Assembly (NCBI RefSeq): GCF_058153355.1
Contig: NZ_CM177019.1
DNA: 64,000 nucleotides
Strand: one strand, 5' to 3'
Positions 7,674 through 17,395 of this stretch are shown here, one piece after another. The position numbers and the translations under genes are program-made. Position 1 is the stretch's first letter. The number at the start of each line of letters is the position of its first letter. Below the pieces are notes generated by a model, which saw only the letters and a program-made list of their open reading frames with translations, ran no database searches and was not told the origin of the DNA.

Positions 7674-10600
7674 TCATTCAAACCGTTGTTCCAATGCCTC
7701 ATCTTCCAATCGCTCGCGTTCTTTTTCCTTTTCAACCCAGTTAGTCAGTTTTTTATAAACAGCTCTAGCCGACTTAGAAATGTCTGCACGCTCGTGGGTG
7801 ACCAACCGGCCTATCGCTTCAACCCTGGGTTGCATCACGTTCGCACGACTACCGGACCATGATGAAGGTGCTACGTGTTCGGCAAAGATCTCAAGGACGG
7901 CTCGTGGCTCGGGTGAGGCTTCTAGAAATCTCAGAGCATCATCCTGCAAGCAAATAGGACTTTGCTCCCCGTCTTTTGACCATAGATTAATACCTGAAGC
8001 GACTGAAGCCCAAACCTGAGGGTCTTTAGTGGTCCCGCACCATTCAATCAAAATATCTACATCGATTTTCGCAATAGGAGACTGATGTGAATCATCATGA
8101 TTGATGAAATGCAGCCGCCTCTGTTGTTGATCCTCCGTACCATCAAAAATGCGACTGAGAAATTCTTTTGGCATCCATGCAGCGGTGATACCGATAGCGT
8201 CTTCGAAAGAAAAAATGTAGCCAAAATGCTCATCAACAACAGCAAAGATTGTATTCAGCCATTCTAGCTTTTCAGCCTCGTTGCCATCGAAGCGCAATGT
8301 GGCATCGATAACACGTTCCATTGCATAATCCAGATATCCGCCGAGATCGTTGTGATCTCTTTGGAACCTCTGGATTGCAGCGGATAGTCCAATTGTTCGT
8401 AGCGCAAGACCTAGTGTATCCGTAGCATCTCCTTTATCAGGTAGTTTCATACTCAATGCTTCCAATACTACTTCATCACCATTCGGTTTACTCAGCAGCC
8501 TTTGAGCAAGCTCGAGAACCCTGCTTTCTGGCAAATTAGAGAATTGCTCACCCCACAGAATTGCCCCATACATATGGGGCCGTATGTCAGAGTCATCCAG
8601 AAGCGACATGCAACGATCCAGATCGATTTCAGTAAACTCCTGCCAAGGATGTAGGTTGACTAATTCGAATCGAAGTTCGGAATGTTGTGCGCACTGATCG
8701 AGCAGTTCCTGCGCTAATGCTTTATCGATAGAATTCGTCTCTTCTATGAAACCTCGAATAACAGAAAAATCACTTTGAGATTTATGCTGTAGATTCATTT
8801 GAGTGATAAGTTTCTGCCAATAAACTCGTAGGTCAGGTGCTCCTTTAGCTAAGCCTTTACCGAATTCGACGCGATAGGGCATCCCATCTCGTAAGAATAA
8901 ATTAGGGCCTAACTCATCAAGTTCATGCGTGGATACTGCAAAGTCTTGCCCTAACTGGAACGCTTTTGCGTTAAGTATTTCCTTTATTTTTATGAATTTG
9001 TTAGGCCCCTCACGCTCAAAATCGGCATTCAGCGCCCAAAAATCACGCCCCTTACTGAGTACATAAGCCATAACTGCCGGAACCAAGTCATTAGGCTCCA
9101 ATTCTCGTTCCAATGTCACAAGTCCTTCCGGCAAAGGAGCTAAATCTTCGTTGTCATTTCTTTTGGTATGGGAAAAGTAAATTGTTGAGCGGACCGCTTT
9201 CCAGCCTTCACCCCAAGGACGATGGGCATGTAATTTGCGAGCCGCATCAATTAATTTTGACCTCATTCCTTCCTGACGCCAAATCCAGCGAAATTTATTA
9301 GCTAAGATCAGCCGAGCATCATCTTCAAGTTCGGGAACTCTTGAAGTTGCTAATCTCACCACAATGTCGATGAAGGTGATTAGCCACTCAACAAGCTCAT
9401 CGTAGCTGGGTCGAAATCCATAATCTCTTGGCCGAGCACCAAACTCATTAATCCCGAATCCTGTCCACGGTGGTCCGCCGAGAGCAGTTTCAAGCATTTC
9501 GAGCCCCAGCCTTCTACGTCCGGCCATACTTGAACCAATGCATTCATCCATGACCGCAACACGTTGTTCTAAAGAGGCATGGGTACCGGATAGATAAGGT
9601 TGGAAAAACCTCTTTATCTTATTTCGAGCCGAATCATAATTATTGCTCGCGCTTTCCTGATCTGCGATACGGATTAAGAGCTTAATGCATCGTTCAAAGT
9701 ATTTCGATTCATATGCAAGTAACTGCAACAATTTGATAATTGCTGTTCGTTGTGGGTTGTAGCGTGATTTAAAATGCTCAAAATTAGACGTAACAAGTGT
9801 TTCTTCAATCCGCTCAAGCAAAGCTCCCGGGGCGACTGGAGCGACATAATTCAGAATGCGTGTCGAAACATCATCTAGGTCTATTATTTTTCCAAGCAGC
9901 CCTTCGGGCTGTAACCAAGCTTCAACAATCTCTTTAGCCACAGCATGGCTGTGCAATAGTCCCAACCTGTGCGCGAACGACATCAATAATCGTTGTCGAT
10001 CCGGAGCTTCAAAGGTCGTCCTAAGTTGATCAATCGGAATACTATTAAGTGCAGATGCTGCCAACTTGTTAGCAATGGCATGGGGAAGGATGGCTCTCCA
10101 GTGGGATCTTTTCTGAACAACGTGACGTTCCATCAACTTCGTAACAGTTTTGAATAACTGGATTTTGGGATACCCAGAGAGCGCACCCAATATTTCCAGT
10201 TCATCGGTAGCTGCATCTGAACTAGATATTGAGAACGAATACACCAGTGACAATATTTCAGCTTGCTCCCGTAAATGGCCGTCGGGATGATTACGTTGTT
10301 CAAACAAGCGATTAAACAACTGCGCATCTGAAAGTAGGGCTAAACTCTCACCTTCCTCCACTCTTTCCGCTATAGCCAAAGCCACTCTTGCATTCCCATC
10401 TGCGAACTTTGCAATCCGACGGGCATTATTCTGACCAATAGAAGGGAAGCGACGGATAAGAAGTTGCTCTGCCACCTCTGGACCATCTGTCTCAATGTGG
10501 ATGACCTCAGTTGTCTGTGGTTTGTCATCCCTAATGTCGTACTCGATCGTGATGAGACTTACTTCTTTCCCTGCGGCTGATACTTTGCTGGCAAGCGAAG

Positions 10601-11525
10601 CATGGAGTTCTGATGGGCAATTATCAAGGATCATAATTGCTCGTCGGCCTTCAGCGAGCAGGTTATCAAGCATTGCTGTAGCCGACGGTACTGGCTCATA
10701 GCCAGTATCAACATAAATAGCTACTGTCCGGTCAAGCGCATCTGTTCCAACAGTATCATCAAAGAGCGCCTGAACGATTCGAGTCTTCCCAACACCAGAC
10801 AATCCTGTAATACGAACAGCCTTATTCGTCGAACGGATCAGTGCTCGCATTGGGTTAATTGCTTCATCAATTTTGAGTTTTTGCCCCTTTCCCGATGGTA
10901 AAGTAATGGTTACGCTTGGGGCTGAGATTAAAGTGTCTGTAACACCTTGTGGTGGATTGCTCCAGGCTCCGTAGGGTTGCCAACCGGAATACCCTTGCCC
11001 AAGCTTTGCTTTTACCCACAGCATGACTGATGGATGTTGGCGCAACCATTGGATGAGTTTGGAGCGGTCGTAGAAATCAAGATGAAGATAACTTTCGTTA
11101 GGATCATCTTTTACTGCATCTCTCATCGCTTTGAGACGATTCTTCTTTCCTGACGGCGAGCAATCATCACCCAGGCTGACAATGATGTAACTGCCTTGCT
11201 TTCTGGCTTGTTCAGAAATGATGGGAGAAAGTGCTTTTCCGGTGCCAATTTCCCTCTCGATTGCAGCCTTAGGCATCTTATGTTTCTTTGCCTGAAAGAC
11301 CGTATCAGGTCTTACAAGAAAGCCTGCTTTCAGTTGATCAACTGGAACCTGAACATGGATGTCAATTCCTCCGTCAGGGGCTGTAATTGAACCAGACCAA
11401 TTTACACATGCTGGGCTATGGCCGTGCATTGCCACTTCAGCTTCTGCTAGCCGAGCGATCAGCTCTTCCAACTGGATATCGGAGAGCCGAAGTAATTCGT
11501 CCTTTTCAATGTCAAAGATTGCCAC
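7674..11525 (-). CDS. Mrr-like (PD-(D/E)xK) nuclease / STAND P-loop NTPase / long helical C-terminal domain protein; Avs-like antiphage candidate
   Basis: 1283-aa ORF; N-terminal DGGID (residues 51-55) ... QAK (78-80) resembles the Mrr catalytic core; Walker A GLSGVGKT encoded at 10782..10805; Walker B-like AIMILDN; GNARVALAIA resembles the GxP motif of STAND NTPases. Confidence 0.7.
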   Translation of the reverse strand: MAIFDIEKDELLRLSDIQLEELIARLAEAEVAMHGHSPACVNWSGSITAPDGGIDIHVQVPVDQLKAGFLVRPDTVFQAKKHKMPKAAIEREIGTGKALSPIISEQARKQGSYIIVSLGDDCSPSGKKNRLKAMRDAVKDDPNESYLHLDFYDRSKLIQWLRQHPSVMLWVKAKLGQGYSGWQPYGAWSNPPQGVTDTLISAPSVTITLPSGKGQKLKIDEAINPMRALIRSTNKAVRITGLSGVGKTRIVQALFDDTVGTDALDRTVAIYVDTGYEPVPSATAMLDNLLAEGRRAIMILDNCPSELHASLASKVSAAGKEVSLITIEYDIRDDKPQTTEVIHIETDGPEVAEQLLIRRFPSIGQNNARRIAKFADGNARVALAIAERVEEGESLALLSDAQLFNRLFEQRNHPDGHLREQAEILSLVYSFSISSSDAATDELEILGALSGYPKIQLFKTVTKLMERHVVQKRSHWRAILPHAIANKLAASALNSIPIDQLRTTFEAPDRQRLLMSFAHRLGLLHSHAVAKEIVEAWLQPEGLLGKIIDLDDVSTRILNYVAPVAPGALLERIEETLVTSNFEHFKSRYNPQRTAIIKLLQLLAYESKYFERCIKLLIRIADQESASNNYDSARNKIKRFFQPYLSGTHASLEQRVAVMDECIGSSMAGRRRLGLEMLETALGGPPWTGFGINEFGARPRDYGFRPSYDELVEWLITFIDIVVRLATSRVPELEDDARLILANKFRWIWRQEGMRSKLIDAARKLHAHRPWGEGWKAVRSTIYFSHTKRNDNEDLAPLPEGLVTLERELEPNDLVPAVMAYVLSKGRDFWALNADFEREGPNKFIKIKEILNAKAFQLGQDFAVSTHELDELGPNLFLRDGMPYRVEFGKGLAKGAPDLRVYWQKLITQMNLQHKSQSDFSVIRGFIEETNSIDKALAQELLDQCAQHSELRFELVNLHPWQEFTEIDLDRCMSLLDDSDIRPHMYGAILWGEQFSNLPESRVLELAQRLLSKPNGDEVVLEALSMKLPDKGDATDTLGLALRTIGLSAAIQRFQRDHNDLGGYLDYAMERVIDATLRFDGNEAEKLEWLNTIFAVVDEHFGYIFSFEDAIGITAAWMPKEFLSRIFDGTEDQQQRRLHFINHDDSHQSPIAKIDVDILIEWCGTTKDPQVWASVASGINLWSKDGEQSPICLQDDALRFLEASPEPRAVLEIFAEHVAPSSWSGSRANVMQPRVEAIGRLVTHERADISKSARAVYKKLTNWVEKEKERERLEDEALEQRFE

Positions 11526-11972
11526 ATCCTAACCCTATTAAAGATACTGCGACTATATAAAAAGTTACCCTTATTCTAACCAATGACAGAAGGAATGTCC
11601 CTTAAACCGTTGCAATTAAAACCATTCTCATCAAGTAGTTAAGATTTTCTTACTCAGCACTATGATGTTGATCTTACCCACTTTGCGTCAAACTATTAGT
11701 ATGTATAAAGCACATTGCTGGCCTGATTAAGAAATGGATTGATATGTGAGTTAATGTCATTTATGAGCTTAAAGCTATTTTTAATCCCCTTTGCTTTACA
11801 ACTCTTTATATTATTTCATTCTTATTTACACCAATATTTATTGGTATGATGGTTTAATTTAATTCATTTTTGTTTTTTTGTTTGAAGCACATTGAAAGGA
11901 TATTATTATTTTCTCCTTCATGTTGAAAACAATTTAATTGGGCGGGTTTGGTTCGATATTATTAATATCTTT

Positions 11973-12000
11973 TTCAAAGAAATTATTTATATGGTATAAT
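11973..12000 (+). promoter_or_regulatory. putative sigma70 promoter with extended -10 (ttcaaa ... tggtataat)
   Basis: -35-like ttcaaa at 11973..11978, 16-bp spacer, TGnTATAAT at 11992..12000, within a long AT-rich tract upstream of the nuclease-helicase gene. Confidence 0.3.
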
Positions 12001-12032
12001 GCAATAAAATCGTATTGAGGTAAGAGGGTACT

Positions 12033-12227
12033 ATGAGTGGATCTTTTGATTTCTTAGCTGGTTCTTTGGCTCTTGAAAATAAACCTTTCCATATGCAGGT
12101 TGCAGAGCTAATAAAAAATAAGTTTCGTCATTGTGAGGGATATATTGGCTATAAGCTTGCAACTTTGGGACGGGCATCGGACTCCGATGTTCCAGATTTT
12201 ATCATTATACAAAAGAACATGGCATAA
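12033..12227 (+). pseudogene. 5' portion of nuclease-helicase gene (NERD/PD-(D/E)xK-like N-terminus), separated from the helicase frame by an apparent -1 frameshift
   Basis: 64-aa ORF with RBS gaggtaagaggg; ends ...SDVPDFIIIQKNMA; adding one A to the A4 run at 12211..12214 gives DFIIIQKEHGIILVDMVESK, continuous with the helicase ORF. Confidence 0.45.
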
Positions 12228-12238
12228 TTTTAGTTGAC

Positions 12239-14248
12239 ATGGTTGAAAGTAAGGTTTCTCGTGCGGATGAGGTGCAGGGGAATGAGGTTTGGTATTATGA
12301 GCATGGAGGTTCGAGTGTAGCAAGGAATTTTATTGTCGAGTTGTATGAGGAGGAGGTAAGAAGTAGATTAAAAAACGATGCAAATTTCTACAACAGAAGA
12401 AAAAAAACATGCACAGTTCCGATTACTAGCGCTGTTATTTTTTGTAAAAATAATAATAGTGAGATAGACAATTTCTATCAAGAGTATGCTGATTATGAAA
12501 GTTCAGCTATTGAATATGGCGAGATTGAGAATTGGTTAGATAGCGTTGAAGAAGGGTTCAATTGCGATTCTAAAGTTCTGGGGCGAATTTTTTCATTGTT
12601 AGAGGGGACGTTTATATATGAAAATAAAAAAATTCTCGATGAAGAACCACCCCTTAACACTGTGAATGATTATATCAAAAAATCTCTAAATATAACATTT
12701 AATCAAGATCACTCACAACGTATTGCTTCAATGCAACTAACCCCGGGCCCTCAGAGAATTCGTGGCTTGGCCGGAACAGGTAAGACGATAGTTCTTTCAT
12801 TAAAAGCTGCGATAACGCACAAAAAATTTCCAGATTATAAAATATTATATTTATTTAATACACAAAGCTTATATCAAAATGTGCAGAGTTCAATCGCCAG
12901 ATACTATACTTTAGAAGCCAAAAAAGCGCCAGATTTTGAATCGAATCTAAATGTCTTCCATGCGTGGGGTGGTAGGCAGAAACCGGGACTGTATTCATAT
13001 ATTTGCCAACAGTATGGATTAACTCCACTAACATTAGGAGATGTACGTGGAGCAAGTGATGCCTTAGCTGTCATATATGCAGAACTTCTCAAAAAAATCG
13101 GTGGTGATATAAAGCCTGAATATGATCTTATTTTAATAGATGAAGCCCAAGATTTTCCTAAAGAGTTGTTTGAAGTGGTCTTTAAACTAGCAAAGGGCAA
13201 ACCTCATGAGAAAAGGATCGTTTGGGCGTATGATGAATTCCAGTCATTGAAAGACACTCAAATTAAAGGTCCATCTGAGCTATTTGGTTTGGCCAAAGAT
13301 GGCACCCCAAATATGAGTGATGATGTTTTAGATGGATTCTATCCTGGTGACATAAAAAAAGATATTGTTTTATCCAATTGCTATAGGACTCCTCGTCCTG
13401 CTCTTATGACTGCTCACGGAGTAGCATTAGGACTTTATACTAATAAGCCGAATGAAATGTTTTATAACCATGATGAATGGAAAGCTATTGGCTATAAAGT
13501 TTTAAATCCTCAGACAAAAATCATTGCAAAAGGCAATGATGTGCAAATAGAGAGACCTAATGAAAATAGTCTAAATCTGTTGGAAGGAATTATGACAGAG
13601 CAGGGTAAGAGGGCCCTTAACCTTATCCAGACTAAGGTGGAAAATGATCGGGAAAGTCAATATGAATATATTGCAAGTAACATCAAACGTTTAATTGATG
13701 AGGAAAATGTCTCGCCTGAAGAAATAGTCATAATTAATTTGAAGTCCTCTAGTAACAAAGATGAGATGCTACGCATTCAATTCATCTTAAATAATTACGG
13801 TATTCACTCTGTAATTCCCGGTTACGTTGAAAGCTCAGATGTCTTTAAACCCAAGGGGTTCGTTACAATCACAACCCCTTTCAGGGCTAAAGGGAATGAA
13901 GCTAATATTGTATTTATTTTAAATAGCCAGTTAGTTGTTAATGATTTTTCATTAAGGATGCGTAATGCATTTTTTGTAGCAGTAACTCGAACAAGAGGAT
14001 GGTGTTATATTGTTGGTTATGGAGAAAAAATGCAAATGCTTGTGGACGAAATTTCAGGAATCAAAAGAGATTTCCCTATATTTAATTTCATTTGTCCTGA
14101 CCCTGATGATGTCAAAGCACGAAAAAGTTATCTCCACAAATCAGACTCTGAGATCAATGAGATGCAAAGAGTACTGGATTTAGTTAATAATAACGAAGAG
14201 TTAAGACGACTGCTACAGGAGCAGCTCATTGATAAGAAAGGAGATTAA
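12239..14248 (+). CDS. SF1 helicase (UvrD/RecD-like), probable C-terminal body of a nuclease-helicase fusion
   Basis: 669-aa ORF; Walker A GLAGTGKT at 12764..12787; Walker B LILIDEAQDF; FVAVTRTRGW motif VI-like. Confidence 0.7.
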   Translation: MVESKVSRADEVQGNEVWYYEHGGSSVARNFIVELYEEEVRSRLKNDANFYNRRKKTCTVPITSAVIFCKNNNSEIDNFYQEYADYESSAIEYGEIENWLDSVEEGFNCDSKVLGRIFSLLEGTFIYENKKILDEEPPLNTVNDYIKKSLNITFNQDHSQRIASMQLTPGPQRIRGLAGTGKTIVLSLKAAITHKKFPDYKILYLFNTQSLYQNVQSSIARYYTLEAKKAPDFESNLNVFHAWGGRQKPGLYSYICQQYGLTPLTLGDVRGASDALAVIYAELLKKIGGDIKPEYDLILIDEAQDFPKELFEVVFKLAKGKPHEKRIVWAYDEFQSLKDTQIKGPSELFGLAKDGTPNMSDDVLDGFYPGDIKKDIVLSNCYRTPRPALMTAHGVALGLYTNKPNEMFYNHDEWKAIGYKVLNPQTKIIAKGNDVQIERPNENSLNLLEGIMTEQGKRALNLIQTKVENDRESQYEYIASNIKRLIDEENVSPEEIVIINLKSSSNKDEMLRIQFILNNYGIHSVIPGYVESSDVFKPKGFVTITTPFRAKGNEANIVFILNSQLVVNDFSLRMRNAFFVAVTRTRGWCYIVGYGEKMQMLVDEISGIKRDFPIFNFICPDPDDVKARKSYLHKSDSEINEMQRVLDLVNNNEELRRLLQEQLIDKKGD

Positions 14249-14250
14249 AA

Positions 14251-14922
14251 TTGAATTTCTCATTAGTGCAGCAAAGCTTAAACCATGTCGAAGCACTTTT
14301 AAAACCTGTAACTCAACAAAAATTAATAGAGTTTAAAGAAAGAGAGAAGGTCATAAGTTGGACAAATAGGAAGCCAGGAATTTACAATGAAGTCTACTAT
14401 CCTATTGAATATCAATGTGTAATTGATGCAAGGCAGTACTCATTATTGCTTCGAGATGGCGATTTTTTTCAATTTTTTTATGAGTTTGATGCGAAAACTG
14501 GCAATCTGAAGAAAGCTAAGTTGGCTTTCTATCCCTCACCAATTGATTGTAGAAATTCGTTGGATGATCTCAATGAAGCAGCTGAATTTGCTTTTGATCA
14601 TAATGAAGAACTCTATAATCATCTTGATAATTGGATTTCGCTATTGGAAATAAAAAACTATTTTCCAGCAAATACATCTCAAGTTAGATTTGATTATGAT
14701 AGTACGGTTACTACACATGAGAAAGCACATCTGCAGTTTAGTAGTGTAAATAAACTTAGACTTCCGGCTGACTTTTTTCCTTTGCCATATGCATTTGTAT
14801 TAATGGTTTCTGATCTTATTAATGGATGCTCAAAGGTAGATGCTAGACATATAAGCTTTACTAAGAGAAACAGCCTAAGATCAAATGTTTCTAATAGAAT
14901 CATAACCTTGAAATCACAGTGA
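14251..14922 (+). CDS. hypothetical protein, helicase-coupled partner (223 aa)
   Basis: TTG start 3 bp after the helicase stop, AGGAG RBS 7 nt upstream; AT-rich; no motif recognised. Confidence 0.5.
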   Translation: MNFSLVQQSLNHVEALLKPVTQQKLIEFKEREKVISWTNRKPGIYNEVYYPIEYQCVIDARQYSLLLRDGDFFQFFYEFDAKTGNLKKAKLAFYPSPIDCRNSLDDLNEAAEFAFDHNEELYNHLDNWISLLEIKNYFPANTSQVRFDYDSTVTTHEKAHLQFSSVNKLRLPADFFPLPYAFVLMVSDLINGCSKVDARHISFTKRNSLRSNVSNRIITLKSQ

Positions 14923-14928
14923 ATTAAC

Positions 14929-14962
14929 AAGCCTCTTTTATAAGGATATAAGAGGCTTGTTA
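14929..14962. terminator. bidirectional hairpin terminator (aacaagcctctt ... aagaggcttgtt)
   Basis: perfect 12-bp inverted repeat between the convergent partner gene and integrase. Confidence 0.45.
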
Positions 14963-15372
14963 TTATTTCGCTAAATCTGATCACTGTCGAGAATTGATTG
15001 ATTTTTTGTGATTATTTATTCCATTCTGAGTTCATTGCCGATTTTATATGTATGTATTTTGTATCGGCTTATCTTGGCTTATTAAGTCTAGCATCACACA
15101 ATGCTTTTCAGGAAATCATCTTACCTATTAACCATATTATTACCGGCCCAACATTTCTCGCATTTACAGCTGGTAGCTCCTGTGTGTAAACGCTATTAAT
15201 CTCATACTCATTGGTTTAATATTAACTTTGAACTTCTGGAGTGCAGATCACCAATCCTAATATTACTACTAAATAGCTGCGCCTAATAACGCGACACCCG
15301 CCGTTTACTGTCTGGTGGCTTAACCTGCAAGGGCTGGCTGAAAGTGGGACACTATTCCGCGCAGCTATTTAG

Positions 15373-16614
15373 TCACCCAACTAGCTTCATTCCTTTTATC
15401 CCACCTTCAATCATGCTTCCACGATCCGCTGCCATCACAAAATTTGCCCACCATTGCATCATCGGGCGACGCTGTTCCAGGTAATCGCTGCGGTTATAAG
15501 CACGACGAACCTCATTCTTATCCACATGGGCCAATGCTGCCTCAATGACATCAGGCGGAAAGCCTTGTTCATTAAGAGCCGTACTGGCAATTGATCTCAG
15601 ACCATGCGAAACAAGCACACCACCAAAACCTGCGCGTTTTAGTGAGGCGTTAACAGTCTGACTGTTCATTGGCTGGTTGGGCTTGATACGGCTGGGAAAG
15701 ATAAATTCTCGGTTGCCGCTTAGCGGTTTCATCATCTCCAGCACAGCTATTGCTTCATCTGACAATGGAACAGTATGATCGCGGTTCATTTTCATGCGTG
15801 CTGCAGGAATCTTCCACTCTCGCGCTTCTATGTCTACCTCTTCCCAGCGAGCTTCAGCCGCTTCGGCAGGGCGGGTAATAGTAAGAAGTTGCCACATGAA
15901 CAGGCAGCGTGTGGAAAGGCTAATGCTGGCTGTTCGCATTGTCTGCATCAATTGAGGTAGCTGATCCGGTCGAATGCTGGGCATGTTCTTTTTCTGAGGC
16001 TTCTCGAAGGCTTTACCGATATTAACGCTGGGAACAGCATCAATCAGCCCTGTGTTTTGGGCATAGATCATGACCTCATTAATGCGCTGACACAGGCGAC
16101 GAACGGTTTCCAGTGCTCCTCTGGCCTGAACTGGTTGGACGGCCTGAACCAGTGTGTGTGCTTTAATATCTGTAACGCTAATGTCGCCAATTGCAGGAAA
16201 GACATCTCTCTCAAGAGAGCGCCAGATATCCTCTGCGTAGTCTTCGGTCACACTGGCTTTCTTCACATTCCACCAACGTTCAGCCACGAGCTGGAAAGTA
16301 TTGGTTTTAGCTTCCAGCGAACTGCGAAGTTGTTCTTGTTGATGTTCCTGGGGATCAATTTGTTTCGCCAGAAGAGAGCGGGACTCTGCCCGATAGTTTC
16401 GGGCATCGGCAAGGGTAACTGACGGGTAGGGGCCTATGCTCTTCTTCGCACGTTTCTTAGTGACAGGGCGAATGTAGCGAAACTGCCAGATTTTACTTCC
16501 GCTGGATTTGATGAGTAGCTCAAGGCCATCACCATCATAGAGAACGTAGTCCGCTTCTTTGGGTTTGGCGGATTCGATTTCTTTAACGGATAGAGGTTTG
16601 GTTTGTCTTGCCAT
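15373..16614 (-). CDS. intA: P4-type tyrosine integrase (IntA-like) next to ssrA
   Basis: 413-aa ORF; C-terminal catalytic region with HGLRS ... EAALAH ... RAY pattern; position immediately 5' of the tmRNA 3' end. Confidence 0.85.
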   Translation of the reverse strand: MARQTKPLSVKEIESAKPKEADYVLYDGDGLELLIKSSGSKIWQFRYIRPVTKKRAKKSIGPYPSVTLADARNYRAESRSLLAKQIDPQEHQQEQLRSSLEAKTNTFQLVAERWWNVKKASVTEDYAEDIWRSLERDVFPAIGDISVTDIKAHTLVQAVQPVQARGALETVRRLCQRINEVMIYAQNTGLIDAVPSVNIGKAFEKPQKKNMPSIRPDQLPQLMQTMRTASISLSTRCLFMWQLLTITRPAEAAEARWEEVDIEAREWKIPAARMKMNRDHTVPLSDEAIAVLEMMKPLSGNREFIFPSRIKPNQPMNSQTVNASLKRAGFGGVLVSHGLRSIASTALNEQGFPPDVIEAALAHVDKNEVRRAYNRSDYLEQRRPMMQWWANFVMAADRGSMIEGGIKGMKLVG

Positions 16615-16818
16615 TGCCGGGTTTCCATAGTTTTAGGCACCTCAAAAACAATAAAGCTTTATGAGGTGCCTAACAAGGTGCCTAAAAGGTTCGGATTTAA
16701 TTAGTTCTCTTCGGACTTCGCGGGACAAATTGAGGGCACAAAAAAGCCCGCAGGGCTTGCGCCGTGCGGACTCTTAGGACTTCATCGGATGACTCTGGTA
16801 ATCACCGATGGAGAATTT

Positions 16819-17181
16819 TGGTGGAGCTGGCGGGAGTTGAACCCGCGTCCGAAATTCCTACATCCTCGGTACTACATGCTTAGTCAGTCTTTACATTCGC
16901 TTGCCAGCTGCGGACGGACACGCCACTAACAAACTAGCCTGATTAAGTTTTAACGCTTCAACCCCAGGCAGGGCTTCCACGCGATCTCTTTTGGGTTTGA
17001 CCTCTCTTGATCCCCGTCCTAAGAGCGGAGGCTAGGGAGAGAGGGCTCTAAGCAGGTTATTAAGCTGCTAAAGCGTAGTTTTCGTCGTTTGCGACTATTT
17101 TTTGCGGCTTTTTACGAGGCCAACCGCCCCTCGGCATGCACCTTGGGTTTCGCAAATCCCGTCGAATCCAGAATCAGCCCC
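16819..17181 (-). ncRNA. ssrA: tmRNA (SsrA)
   Basis: reverse complement begins GGGGCTGATTCTGGATTCGACGGG and ends ...GTTCAACTCCCGCCAGCTCCACCA; tag-encoding region present. Confidence 0.92.
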
Positions 17182-17395
17182 AATGTGTAACGGTAAGTAT
17201 ACCAGATTCATGAGTGCCATGACCAGCATCAATGGCGTTATCGTTAAAGATTTAGCACCCATGTAGCCTGATTTTTATTCGATTAAGCAATGGGATGGCA
17301 ACATTTGTGCCGGATGTGATAGCCAATAAGATGTTCATTCGCGCCGCCGGAGAGGGGGGCGCGGTGAGGAACTGGTCAATAATTGGAGTGCAGAT

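Noticed and set aside
11530-12030. Long AT-rich tract considered as a possible small-RNA or additional small gene locus
   Set aside because: No convincing ORF or terminator-bounded unit; best explained as the AT-rich promoter region of the nuclease-helicase gene
14998-15189. 63-aa ORF between the helicase partner gene and the integrase
   Set aside because: No RBS, hydrophobic low-complexity translation, located in a 3' intergenic region after a terminator
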